A DNA stretch of 64,000 bases from Euprymna scolopes (Eukaryota): the NCBI GenBank assembly GCA_053919585.1, contig CM132815.1, one strand, 5' to 3'. A program made the translations under genes and the position numbers. The notes below the pieces were generated by a model, which saw only the letters and a program-made list of their open reading frames with translations, was not told the origin of the DNA and searched no databases. Positions 55,075-64,000 of this stretch are shown piece by piece. How positions within the stretch are numbered: the stretch's first letter is position 1; every line of letters begins with the position of its first letter.

Positions 55075-58000
55075 CATTAGTTTTTATTTCAAATGCTAAA
55101 AGATGTTATCAATTTGCACTCATAAATATTTATGTTCTTATTTTGTTCTTTTAAATTTTTAGGCAAATGCCTAAATTTTCATTATATTACGTCTTACACA
55201 AGTTTCGTTGGATAGCGAAAGATATTTTCCTTGTATCACTAAATAACTCTTCTGAGACGAATGGATAGTCCTCAAAAACCAGTACAAAGTTTAACATATA
55301 GAATGGAAACAGAATTTGGAGAAGCAAAGCAACATATATAAAATCTGTAAAAACAAATTTAAAACACTTAAGTTAGTGTTCATAGAAATTCACCACCCAA
55401 GATGATGGAATTCAAAACATGGGTAATTTGTCATGATGCCATATATATATATACTAGCCGGAGCTTTGCCCGGGTGTAAAATATGCTTAAATATATTTTA
55501 ATTTGTCCAGATTTTGTATATTATTATAGAGTTGTGATTTCAAAAGTAAGAAAAAAGTATTTAGGTACCATCAGCTAGAAGCTAAACCGAAACTGTAGCA
55601 TTCAAAGCTGGTGGAATTACCACTGCACTAATGTGACATGCATATAAAGTGGTTAAAAATGAAAAATAAACTAAGATGAATGTATAACAATGTTTAAAGA
55701 TTTTTTTTATTTTCACCCATTTTTGACCCCTTAAAAACTATTTTAACTGGCTACAGACCCATAAAAGAACAGCCCGTAAAAAATCTAATCATTTGAGGTC
55801 CCTAGCGCCGCTCTGCGACTTCTAGTTTCGGAGGAGATAAAGTTTGAAGATATGGAGACCGACAGACAAACATATAGCCTTTTATATATTAGATTATATA
55901 CACAAAGCTTCAAGCAAATTGTAAGATGGTCATTACTTTTTAACGGTGTTGTAACAGCTCAAACCTCTCTGACCCCCATGTCATCTGGTACCGTCGCAAA
56001 GGAACACACAAACAAAAATAAACTTGACTGAAGTGCAAATGAAATGCATTTATTCATGGTTCTTCCAAAACAATGCATTTCATTATTTTTTAGTCTCTTC
56101 ACGCATGTTTTTTTAAGTCTGTGTTGCCAGCACCAGCCAGCACATTCTTGCTCTCGACTTTTACACATTCATCTTGCCCTACACCCACATTGCTTCGCTC
56201 TCCACTACATGCGATATTTTATTCTTTTTCTTGTGAACCAAACTTACACACACTTGCTAATTTGCATACATGCTTTAACAGCTGCTGCTGTTGTTTCTAT
56301 TTTCACAGCCAGCTATCTTTCGAGAGCTGCTGCTGATTTTCTCACACAAACCCATAAGTGCTGTTATAAAATATCAAAAATTAATTTTGTATGGACCGAC
56401 TGTAATTCTTTCAGTTGTATCTTTCACAGTATGAACATATTTAAAAATTTAACAAAAATGCTGGTACTTGTCTAAGATTTACCTATATATTAAAAACACA
56501 AAAATAAAAGAAAAATCTGTATGATGACATACGTCTGAAAAGAAAGAAAATAATGTAAAGTCATGTAAATTGATCAAGTAGTTTTATTTTTATAAAGGAT
56601 CATTTTTATGTGAATTTGAGTTTTTCCAATAACACCCCGCCCCTCCTCGTCATGTACTAAACTTCCTAAATCTCAATTTGAAGTATTTATCATTTTTCTT
56701 CAAACTTTTTTTTCGAGGTTGCATTGAGATATTGTCACTGTTTGTTTAGCAACAAAATTTTATTATCTTTTTAAAAATAAAACTAGTTGATTAATTCACG
56801 TTATTTTTAGAATTACATTTTTATTTCATCATGGGTATGTCCATCATATAGGTGTTTTCTTTATTTTTGCTTTTTAATATAAGGGAAACTCTGAACAAGC
56901 ACAAAAATGTCATTTTAAATTTAAGAGACCAACAAAAATGCCATTTTGAACCTAACAACCACATACAGACAGAGCCTCTTAGACTGGTGTTTGGACATAT
57001 AAATAATGCATGTCCAATCCATGCATTTACCAATGAAAATGTGTTGCAATATTGTTGGTATCCTTAAGAGGGTATGATTACAAAAAAATAAAAGGTTCTA
57101 GTTATAGACAGAGGTGATAGGACCTGACCAAACAAATAAAACGACGCTCTGCTTTTGACCAATCAGAAACCAGAATCACTCCATAAAACATACTGGATAT
57201 TTTAGAATTCTGCACATACTTTTCGTTCTTTACATGGGAAGGAATTTTGCTCTTCAAAACTTCTTTGGATTGGCTACCTAACGGAAAATCTTTATCTGCA
57301 AGTTTTTACAATTCAAAGCTTCTCTAAATTAATACTGACATTTTGTTTGGAACTTTTCTTTCCTAAAACTAATAGCTTACAACCGAAAAAATGCTTATTT
57401 GAAACTCCAGAATAACTGACCACTGGACATATGTGAGGGCCGATCCATCTAAACAGAGTAAACAAAGCAAAAAAATTACCTTTGAAATGTAAGGAGTTGA
57501 TGTTGAAGTGCATCCCTGGAAAAGAGTTTTTTCCTCCTTTCGGCAATGTTGGATCTTCTCCGTGGCGGCGTATGATCACCAGAACTTGATGAATGAGAAT
57601 AGCGCCGACTGTAGAACAAGAGAAAACAAAGAATGTCAATAATATCCACCAAGAAATAGATTCTTTACATGCTGCATAGTGGGGGGGGGGCAATTCAACA
57701 TAATAGTATGATTTTTATATCAACCCTTTTCAGTTATTTAATGCCAAATCTTATGATTTTTAGAAACATCTTTTACGTTTAACATTCTTAACCTATTAGT
57801 TCCCAATTTTCTTTTTCATTAATTTAGTTGGCACTTTAATGTTCAGACCAAATACAGTACCATTGGAAGTGGTAGTTTTTACATCCCCCACTATCACATA
57901 GCATTGCATAACTTTTCCGATTAAGATATTTTTTCTACATTTACACGTTACAACACATACATTTTAGAGACAAATGAAAACGCAGATGTGAAAGTATATT

Positions 58001-59395
58001 TAGATGGTGAAACTATTGAGGTTGTTCAGATTTTTTTTGCATCTTGATATCACTGGAGCACAGGTAGGAGCAGGTGCTTGCGTGATTGTAAGAATTAAGA
58101 GTAGATGGAGTAAGTTCAGGAGACTTCTGCCATTACTACATGGCAGAGGATTACCAATGTCAACCAAAAGGAGAATCTATTAAACATGTGTATGCAGTGT
58201 GATGATGCATTGAAATGAAATATAGCGAGTTGAGGACATGTACTGCATGAAGAGAAATGATATAAGCAAGAAAGGTCTTAAAGACAGACTTAGTTCTGAT
58301 GATTTTAGGGTACAGTTAAATCTAAACCATATAGGGAGCTTTGTGCAAAACAGATTTTTTTGGTATCGTCACATTGAAAGAATAGTTATCAATATTTGTA
58401 ATTGAAGGGAATTTCACTATAGTTACCAATTCTCACGTAAACTCTAGGCTTGTTTGTGACACCTAATCAGAGACAATCTGATAACAATGTCATGCATTAT
58501 AGAAAAAAGTTCTTACCTACGATGACGATGCGAACGACTATTTGTCCGATGGTGTGATGATGATGAGGATGAAGATGATGAGTGTCTTCGAGATCGTCCC
58601 CTCCTATGTTCACTCCTCGGGCGGTCTTCAGGAGATCCACTTCTTTGCCTTGACCTTGAAGTCGAACGGGGTCTATCAGCATCCTTGTCTTCTGATTTGG
58701 ACCTGGCCCGTTCAGAAACAGACTTGGAACGTGAGCGTTGATCCTTGCCCTCTGTGCATGATTTTGAACGCGAGCGTTGGTCCCTGGCCTCTGTGCGCGA
58801 TTTTGAACGCGAACGTTGGTCTCTGGCTTGTGTGCGCGATTTCGAACGCGAGCGCTTATCCCTGGCCCGGGTGCGTGATTTTGAACGCGAGCGTTGGTTT
58901 CTGGCCCGAGGGCGTGATTTTGAACTCGAGCGCTGGTCCCTAGCCCGTGTACGTGATTTTGAACGTGACCGACTTCTCTCCTGTCGGCTTCTATCTCGTC
59001 GCTTCAGAGGGGATGGAGACTTAGAACGTGATCGGCTGGTCCGGTGTAACGAGCGCTTTGGTTGGTTTTCATTTCTGTTTGAACTGTGCTCACGCTGCCT
59101 CTGTTTCGAACGGGAACGTTGATTTCGCCTAGAGTCTTTTTCCCCCACCCCTTTGAAAGTATCGTCTTTGTATTCCGACGTCCGTGTCTTAGAAGAATTA
59201 CGATCTTCTCCTTTGGAAGAGAGGCTATTCTTAGCAGCATCATCACGGCTACCTTTACCGCTTTCTTGACTTTTGGTCTTACTTGACAGTTCTGTTTCAG
59301 AATCAGAATGGTTCTTCTGCTTGCTGGATTTGGAGCTCAATTCTCGTTCCTTGGACGACTTTTGACCCTTTTTATGCTTTTTATGTTTTTTGTGC
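36788..59395 (-). CDS. NKTR: NKTR/PPIG-family RS-rich cyclophilin, 3' part only (10 exons: 59395-58517, 57608-57480, 52406-52311, 49258-48760, 46660-46583, 44160-44003, 43350-42367, 40934-40854, 38036-37989, 37004-36788)
   Basis: All junctions are GT-AG with matching phases, giving one open frame of 3169 nt that ends in TAA at 36788-36790. The protein has K-rich and RS-rich tracts. SESPPPTHWKPGQKPWRP matches the vertebrate NKTR motif SPPPSRWKPGQKPWKP as I recall it. The PPIase domain was not seen in the window. Confidence 0.8.
37392..37463. repeat. (TA)n(CA)n compound microsatellite. Similar tracts occur at ~46915, ~49557, ~49874 and ~54997.
   Basis: Directly visible. Confidence 0.95.
37989..38036 (-). 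CDS. NKTR: Exon (48 nt, phase 2-2): KNRRRRDSPSRSNSRR
   Basis: Acceptor tttatttgcag and donor CG|gtaagt. Confidence 0.85.
38097..38785 (-). mobile_element. Non-autonomous Helitron-like element, 3' end intact, 5' end uncertain
   Basis: ACTAGCAGGGGTACCCGGCGTTGCCCAGGTGTTTG is the reverse complement of a GC hairpin plus CTAG terminus. It is nearly the same as the terminus at 60760-60795. Confidence 0.7.
39730..39770 (+). mobile_element. Truncated tRNA-derived SINE head (A box only)
   Basis: GGGGCCCGTGGCGCAGTGGATAG contains the Pol III A box TGGCGCAGTGG. No B box or cloverleaf follows. Confidence 0.4.
40854..40934 (-). CDS. NKTR: Exon (81 nt, phase 2-2): RGPPYRHRSPPSSSASKYKRSPSRDTS
   Basis: Acceptor tttatttattag and donor AA|gtgagt. 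GC-rich island in an AT-rich intron. Confidence 0.85.
42367..43350 (-). CDS. NKTR: Exon (984 nt, phase 2-2): P/S/D-rich linker plus RS domain
   Basis: Acceptor ttttcgtttttag and donor AG|gtaggt. Matches ORF 42363..43334. Confidence 0.9.
43803..43968. other. Assembly gap (166 N) inside an intron
   Basis: N run with a purine-rich, low-complexity left flank. Confidence 1.
44003..44160 (-). CDS. NKTR: Exon (158 nt, phase 0-2): LPPELIQSAVRSLP...TTAQFPK
   Basis: Acceptor tctttttctctctcag. Donor AA|gttcgt was chosen because the next exon needs phase 2. An alternative GT lies 4 nt further on. Confidence 0.75.
45900..46290 (-). mobile_element. RTE-clade LINE reverse-transcriptase fragment
   Basis: SVLSPLLLIVVLETLSRE...PLELLYSDDLIIIAES is a decayed QGSVLSPLLF...LLYADD core. 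Confidence 0.8.
46583..46660 (-). CDS. NKTR: Exon (78 nt, phase 0-0): EKFKWQPPPDPEDMDHDDEVNLHNIQ
   Basis: Acceptor tttcttattacag and donor CAG|gtgagt. Confidence 0.85.
46948..47204. mobile_element. MITE, 257 bp, with perfect 34-bp terminal inverted repeats
   Basis: TAAGGTAAAATTAAAAGCCAAGAACAATGCGAGA at 46948-46981 and its exact reverse complement at 47171-47204. It sits between (TA)n tracts. Confidence 0.85.
47537..47795 (+). repeat. Dispersed ~255-bp repeat, copy 1 (possible Penelope-like pLTR relic)
   Basis: Aligns by eye with 49606-49858 and starts with CTGATGAG. Confidence 0.75.
48760..49258 (-). CDS. NKTR: Exon (499 nt, phase 2-0): DNLSPSKSYSK...RPAKEKVE
   Basis: Acceptor gtctttttgcag and donor GAG|gtacaa. 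Lies within ORF 48700..49272. Confidence 0.85.
49606..49858 (+). repeat. Dispersed ~255-bp repeat, copy 2, flanked by (TA)n/(CA)n
   Basis: Shares CTGATGAGTG, GGGAACTATATATAAAAATAT, CTTGTATAGTTAATAAAA, GAGATGAGCATAAAAATG and TATTGCACTATT with copy 1. Confidence 0.75.
51670..52153. mobile_element. Decayed fold-back/MITE with ~90-bp imperfect inverted arms
   Basis: GAATTATCT..ATAACCATAAGC (51699-51745) pairs with GCTTATGGTTAT..AGATAATTC (52075-52121). Confidence 0.6.
52311..52406 (-). CDS. NKTR: Exon (96 nt, phase 2-2): RMEREKSESPPPTHWKPGQKPWRPKTKPENPL
   Basis: Acceptor tattttatctacag and donor CT|gtaagc. Carries the NKTR signature motif. Confidence 0.9.
52505..52950 (+). mobile_element. CR1/L2-group LINE 3' fragment
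   Basis: Translation gives RPCMEYCCHI, NVASLCLFYKYFNG, HPFTVAVP and SFFPRTARLWNSFP. Confidence 0.85.
53199..53274. repeat. Perfect inverted repeat with 36-bp arms and a 4-nt spacer
   Basis: A8-GAATAATTCACTAAGGCATTTCACACTC-ataa-GAGTGTGAAATGCCTTAGTGAATTATTC-T8. Confidence 0.95.
53277..54200. mobile_element. Old ~0.9-kb fold-back element (long degenerate inverted arms)
   Basis: Pairs seen: TTTCACACACA/TGTGTGTGAAA at the ends, CAAAATCAAATT/AATTTGATTTTG internally, and AATGTAGAAAGCAC/GTGCTTTCTACATT at the centre (53695-53780). Confidence 0.65.
55454..55893 (-). mobile_element. Complete 440-bp non-autonomous Helitron
   Basis: The minus strand starts A|TCTAATATATAAAAGGC and ends CCCGGGCAAAGCTCCGGCTAG|T. 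It has 5'-TC, 3'-CTAG, a subterminal GC hairpin, an A|T target and no TSD. Confidence 0.8.
57480..57608 (-). CDS. NKTR: Exon (129 nt, phase 2-2): SRRYSHSSSSGDHTPPRRRSNIAERRKKLFSRDALQHQLLTFQ
   Basis: Acceptor tttgttttctcttgttctacag and donor AG|gtaatt. The exon is open and in phase with its neighbours. Confidence 0.8.
57995..58390 (+). mobile_element. RTE-clade LINE post-RT fragment
   Basis: DGETIEVV...RIKSRWSKFRRLLPLL.GRGL...KRRIY.TCV.SVM resembles the RIxxGWxKFRELLPLL...CVRSVMLxGSETW region. Confidence 0.7.
58517..59395 (-). CDS. NKTR: Exon (879 nt, phase 2-2): HKKHKKHKKG... plus RS repeats
   Basis: Acceptor (t)n-cag|G CAC AAA and donor AG|gtaaga. Overlaps ORF 58513..59340. Confidence 0.9.
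58721..58971 (-). repeat. Coding minisatellite, 39 bp x ~6.4, encoding (RSRSKSRTRARDQ)n
   Basis: Units start at 58721, 58760, 58799, 58838, 58877, 58916 and 58955. Confidence 0.95.
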
Positions 59396-59641
59396 CTGAA
59401 AAAAAAATAAATAAATAAATAAAATTATATACAAACAAATATCACAAACAAAAGAATTTATTTTCAACAAACAGATCAAAACAAAATTTTTAAAACTAAT
59501 TATACAATAATACTATTAGTGAAAAAAAAATTATTTTAAAAGAAATACAATTGGAAAATTAGTCAAAAACAATCTTGATTTACTTATTTAAAAAAAAAAC
59601 TGTACTTATTTAGAATTACATTTATTAATGTATTTATTCAT

Positions 59642-59927
59642 TACGGAACAAAGATGCCATATTCCTAAAATCATGTAAATTGATCAAGTACTTTTTAAGC
59701 AAAGAAATTAAATTTTATGACTAAGCAAGATGTAGTGTAATGATCAGCCATGATTTATAAATAAGATGAAGACAACTTAATTCGAACTATAGAGATCAAA
59801 ATGCTCCTTATAATGGATACAATTTAGTATTAAAATCACTAAAAATTCTAAACTTTGATTTTCTTAGTGAAAAAAAATACTTGATCAATTTACATAATTT
59901 TTTAGAATACGACAACTTCATACCGTG
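59642..59927. mobile_element. MITE with ~50-bp imperfect TIRs ending (C/T)ACGG...CCGTG, possibly CMC/Chapaev-type
   Basis: ATGTAAATTGATCAAGTA (59673-59690) pairs with TACTTGATCAATTTACAT (59878-59895). The same motif recurs at ~56563. Confidence 0.6.
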
Positions 59928-59930
59928 ACA

Positions 59931-60794
59931 TCTATATATCTATAAAAGTGAAAGTGTGTGTGTATATTTCCTCACACAATAACTATCAATTTTCGAAATT
60001 TGATATACAGGATACTGAGATTTGGGAAAATCTTTGTAATCCGTTTTCGGGCAGAAATTTTGCTGTTAAGGGGTTAAAGTTCAATGATTTGATCTTTGAG
60101 AACTCAACCAAACTACTCCGTCAATTTTGGGTATAAACAATCGAAATTTTAGATATAGGTTCCTTAGATATGGATCTAACTTAACTTGATTTAAGCCCAA
60201 AACAATAAATGTTAAGGAGTCATAATAGGGGTCAAAGTTAAAAATTTTACCTCTGCGGTCTCTACCAAATTACTCAGACAATTTCTGGTCTAAAAGTTTG
60301 AAATTTTACATAAAGGGTATTCAGAGATAGGGCAACCTTTTTAATCGGTTTCGGTCGAAAATTTGAGCTACCAATATATAAATGTATGTATGTATGTTTG
60401 CCTAAAACTTTAGACAGAGGTGACGGATTTTCACAAGATCAGTATCGTTTTGAAGCTCGGCCCTTCAGACAACAAATACTGAAAAATTGGCTAAAAACAT
60501 TAATTTCTTCACCCTCAACCGGGCACTTTTCTACAGGGAGGGGGTCGCTTTTGTTGCCAATATTTTCGAAAGTCATCCCTCTTTTCAATTGTCTAGCCTT
60601 AATTTAAACCTATGTCACTTCCAGTTTGGTGGTGGTCGTAACAGCAAAGACGTCATTTTTTCCCCCCCTGCTCTTTTCCTCCTTCACGGTACGGGTTCGA
60701 GCCTGCCTTCCTACTACCAGATTTCTTTTTTTTTTTTCTTTTTTGCTCAACACACACCTCCAAACACCCGGGCAATGCCGGGCACCCATGCTAG
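59931..60794 (+). mobile_element. Complete 864-bp non-autonomous Helitron
   Basis: A|TCTATATATCTATAAAAG(TG)n ... CCCGGGCAATGCCGGG hairpin ... CTAG|T. Insertion is between A59930 and T60795. Confidence 0.85.
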
Positions 60795-61513
60795 TACATC
60801 ATAAAAATGTTTCTGCGTTTGTTTGTTTGTTTGTTTTTTAAATAAGTGCAATTTTAAATAAGCACCAAAAATGTTAATTTTAAAAGACATTTTAATCAAT
60901 TAAAATTTAACATAAACAGTGACTGATTAGGGCATTTGATTTTGGAACCCTGGTGAGGCAATGGTGATGATATTTGGGGTTTGACATAAGAAAAGACCTA
61001 CACGAAATATTATTCTCAAAATCGTTATCTTTGCTTGAGGAAATGACTTTAAAAGTTGAAAAATTGAAGCGATTAAAAGTTTTTTGATGAATTGTCTAGA
61101 ACATTCCATCATCAAAACAATCCGTACTGTTAAGAAAATGGAATCATTATTTAGAATATATTTTAAACTACATTTTTAAATAAAATGAGTGAAGATAATG
61201 AATTAATAAAATTAATATTAACTGTAAAGGCAAAATTATGTTTTTTAAATAATAATGACCAAAGTTTGCTTCTTCATTTCAGGAACTTTTTTTTGGTGGA
61301 AACATTTTAGATTTCACCATCGCAAAACATGCTCGTTATCGATATTGAAAATTAACGTTTGTTTATTATTTAATTTGAAAACATTACGATTTAGGCTTAA
61401 TTATTTTGAAAGGAAAAACGAAAAAGACTTCTTTAAAATATATATTATAATATTTCAAGTGTCTGCAGTGAATTTAAACATATTTGTTTTATCTTTTTTA
61501 ATTTGTTTTTCTA

Positions 61514-61590
61514 TTAGGTTGGTGCAAAAATAATGGCATTTTTTGACGTTCAAATGAACGTCAAAAAATGCCATTTTTTCACCAACCTAA
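61514..61590. mobile_element. 77-bp palindromic mariner MITE (MADE1-like) with TA target duplication
   Basis: TA|TTAGGTTGGTGCAAAA...CACCAACCTAA|TA. The element is almost fully self-complementary. Confidence 0.9.
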
Positions 61591-61912
61591 TATTTCACAT
61601 CGAATTCCATTTTAAATTTTTATTAAAATATGGTAATACTCCAGTTTTATATTAAAGCAAAAAAAAAAAAATAATCCATACAATTTTATTCTATACATTC
61701 TTTACGAAACATAACCATGTAAATTTTCAAGTTTTTCTACTTAATAAAAAATACTTTGCAGAAAATTAGTGTCAAATTTTAATTTCTTTTATTTTTAGGG
61801 AGTAATTGTTTTTAAGCAGTGTTTTTCTTCTAAAATTATAGTTTTAAAATCAGATAACCCACAAAGATTAATACGAGTAAATAAGGAAACTCCTTTAAAG
61901 ATTTTTCGTTAT

Positions 61913-62094
61913 TTGTGCATCTATGTTATTGTGCTAAAATAACTTTATTTAGAAAGCCATTCTTAATATGGGAAGGAGGTCGTATTGTAACTATTCTGTA
62001 CTTTCACCTAAAAATTTAATAAACAAAAATTTCATAAAAATTAAATTTAATTTGAAAATACTATTAAAAATAGCATAGTAACATAGATGCACAA
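61913..62094. repeat. Inverted repeat pair (~23-bp arms), small MITE or transposon subterminal structure
   Basis: TTGTGCATCTATGTTATTGTGCTA pairs with TAGCATAGTAACATAGATGCACAA. Confidence 0.65.
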
Positions 62095-62408
62095 GCACTG
62101 GTTTTTCAAACTCTAAACACTAAACACTCGTTTAAAATGGCACAGCTACAGCAAGAATGAATCTCTTTATGGATAAATTCATGTTATCGAAGGAGGAGCT
62201 AAAATCTGCTAAAAATGTGTAAACTAAACACTACTATGCCTCTGATTTGGTTTGGTCCTCTCTCTTCAATACATCTAATTCAATTCTACGAAGTTTTTCA
62301 TTATTTCTTATAACTAGCACTTATTTTTTTACGTATGCAACTGGAAGATAGCCTAATACAGTTTCCTTCAGTTATAATCCATTTATTTATTTTACTTTTT
62401 AGATTAAA

Positions 62409-63870
62409 ATGTCAGTAAAAGCACGACGCTCAGTTTTAAACCCATGGTTCACAAAATTTGCTGGTCCACTTTGTCATTTGGATGAAACAGCACCCCCAAC
62501 TTCACAACAAGTCCTCCAGTTTAGTTATTTCCTCGAAAGCAGTTACCCCCACTTAAAAAATAGTGATATTTCTAAGTTAATTGCCAAGAAAATAATTAGT
62601 ATTTAGTAAGCAGTCAATCCATAATTGCGCTTGTTAAGGTAACATTATATAGGACAGAAGGTCAATATATTTGGCTAGAAGAGGGCCAAACAGATTGACA
62701 GGAAATCTCTTGCAGCAATCAAAGTGAAAAGAATGAAGAAACAGCTACACAGACTGTTTGATATATCTTCTTGTAGCTGTAAACTTTCTGTCTTGAGATA
62801 TGATGACTTTGCAGTAAAGTGCAAGACAGAAAATTGTCAAACAAGACACATACTCTACACTTGTCCTTCTAACAAGGAGGTAAAATTAATTCTATAGATT
62901 CCCTTGCAATTATGTTCCTTTTTTTTTGTGGAAAATAAAATAATATATTGGTATTTATTATGTAATCTGGCTCTATTATTAAACAGGCAAATTTTCTAAT
63001 TTTCAGGTTCCACTAGAAGAACTGCTATTTACAGCAATTTTTAAATTAATTGATGGAACAACAAAAAGCCTAATAACATTTACCGGTCCTTTGGGGAAAC
63101 TTTGTATCATTAATTATCAAGATTTGCCTCAAGTAGAATTCTAAAAAATTAGTGTCCCTCCCGATCATCATTATCTAACAGAAAAAAACAAATAATTTAA
63201 GTTTGAAGACCAGAGGCTACTTTTTGAGTATGCTGTTGGCATTTCTTGTGGAGAAGTTAACTTAGAAAATTGGGCCCTTGAATCAAGGAAGATGGCTAAT
63301 ATAAGCCACAAGATTAATGTGTTTATGGACTAGAGTTGTCTATCCTCAAACACTGATAAATTAAGCATTTTGGTCAAATTTATCATCCAAGTGTATGCAG
63401 TTAGTTGGTTTGAGATAAAAACTGACAATATATTTTTTTTAACCAACAACAGTATATTTTTAATGATTCAGAGAACAAAACAGTTAACTGAAATCCAAAG
63501 TACTGTTTTAAACTGTTCAAAATATAGTGCTTTTACACTACTTCCGGAAAATATAATATTGATGATAAACTCAGATGAATTAGATGTGAGAGAAGAGGGC
63601 ATTCAAACGATTTTGTCCATTAGGTAAATAAATATTTATCCATTAAATTTTATTAGTTTTCTTAATTTATCCAAACAATAGTTAATTTTATTCATATTAC
63701 ATCGCAAAAATATAAAAAATAAGTGTTTTCAAATAATTGTTTTTTTTTTTTTTTTCCAGAAATCGAAAAAACAAAAAAACAAAATAAAAAAAAAGAAAAC
63801 GATTACTGCTATCAATTTTGCAGCCACACACTGGTCAAATTTAACTGATCTTTCTCAAATATTTGTATAT
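62409..63870 (+). pseudogene. Decayed intron-containing hAT-superfamily (hATm-like) transposase, antisense to and probably inside an upstream intron of the RS gene
   Basis: Peptides PPTSQQVL, LFDISSCSC, VPLEEL, IDGTTKS..FTGPLGKL, GPLNQGRWL, LVKFIIQVYAVSWFEIK, PENIILM and INFAATHW. GT-AG introns at 62880-63006 and 63624-63759. Stops and frameshifts are present and the central catalytic segment appears missing. Confidence 0.6.
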
Positions 63871-64000
63871 GGGCAGGAAGCAAGACAGACACATTATTAC
63901 AAAGTCATTGTGCCAGCAAATTAGACTTTCATTTTCCTCAAAAGGAAATTATACAGAACAATTTAGTTCTATTATAAGTTTATATTATTGCCTCTAATAA

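Noticed and set aside
55959-56475. ORFs of 69-143 aa in the intron
   Set aside because: They overlap on both strands, have no recognisable domain and lack phase-compatible splice sites.
57421-57448. Possible 28-nt micro-exon (tttag|ATGGATCGG...CAGTG|gtcagt, minus strand)
   Set aside because: It lies only 31 nt from the previous donor and would break the frame. It is unsupported without RNA data.
58760-58935. Resemblance of the coding repeat TTTTGAACGCGAGCGTT to the satellite core TTTTGCGAGGGTT
   Set aside because: The match is short, the periods differ (39 vs 27), and Arg/Ser/Lys codons explain it.
58542-59286. Plus-strand ORFs, e.g. (RDFERERWSLA)n, also 42374..42811, 49031..49403 and 36784..36990
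   Set aside because: They are antisense shadows of RS-rich exons, with no independent splice or homology support.

Overview
Eukaryotic, AT-rich, probably invertebrate-animal genomic DNA in three blocks. (1) 1-30175 is an uninterrupted tandem satellite of a ~27-bp monomer, consensus TTTTGCGAGGGTT-A(n)C(m)-AT(G/T)G. It is organised into successive higher-order repeats of about 4.0, 2.05, 2.11, 1.52 and 2.08 kb. All ORFs in this block are repeat artefacts. (2) About 30.2-36.4 kb is a buffer of dead transposons: a Sola2-like DDE transposase relic abutting the satellite, plus LINE fragments. (3) About 36.5-64 kb holds the 3' ten coding exons of a minus-strand RS-rich gene (3169 nt, about 1055 aa). 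I reassembled these by hand from GT-AG sites with consistent phases. One 96-nt exon missed by the ORF track encodes SESPPPTHWKPGQKPWRP, which I recognise as the NKTR (RS-cyclophilin, NKTR/PPIG family) motif. The cyclophilin-domain exons must lie further upstream, probably beyond the window. The introns contain non-autonomous Helitrons, a MADE1-like mariner MITE, fold-back elements, LINE fragments, a hAT(m)-like transposase relic and a 166-N gap. Family assignments rest on motif recall, not database searches. I see no unequivocal new biological system. The best candidate for something undescribed is the dyad-rich, length-constrained satellite with layered HORs.
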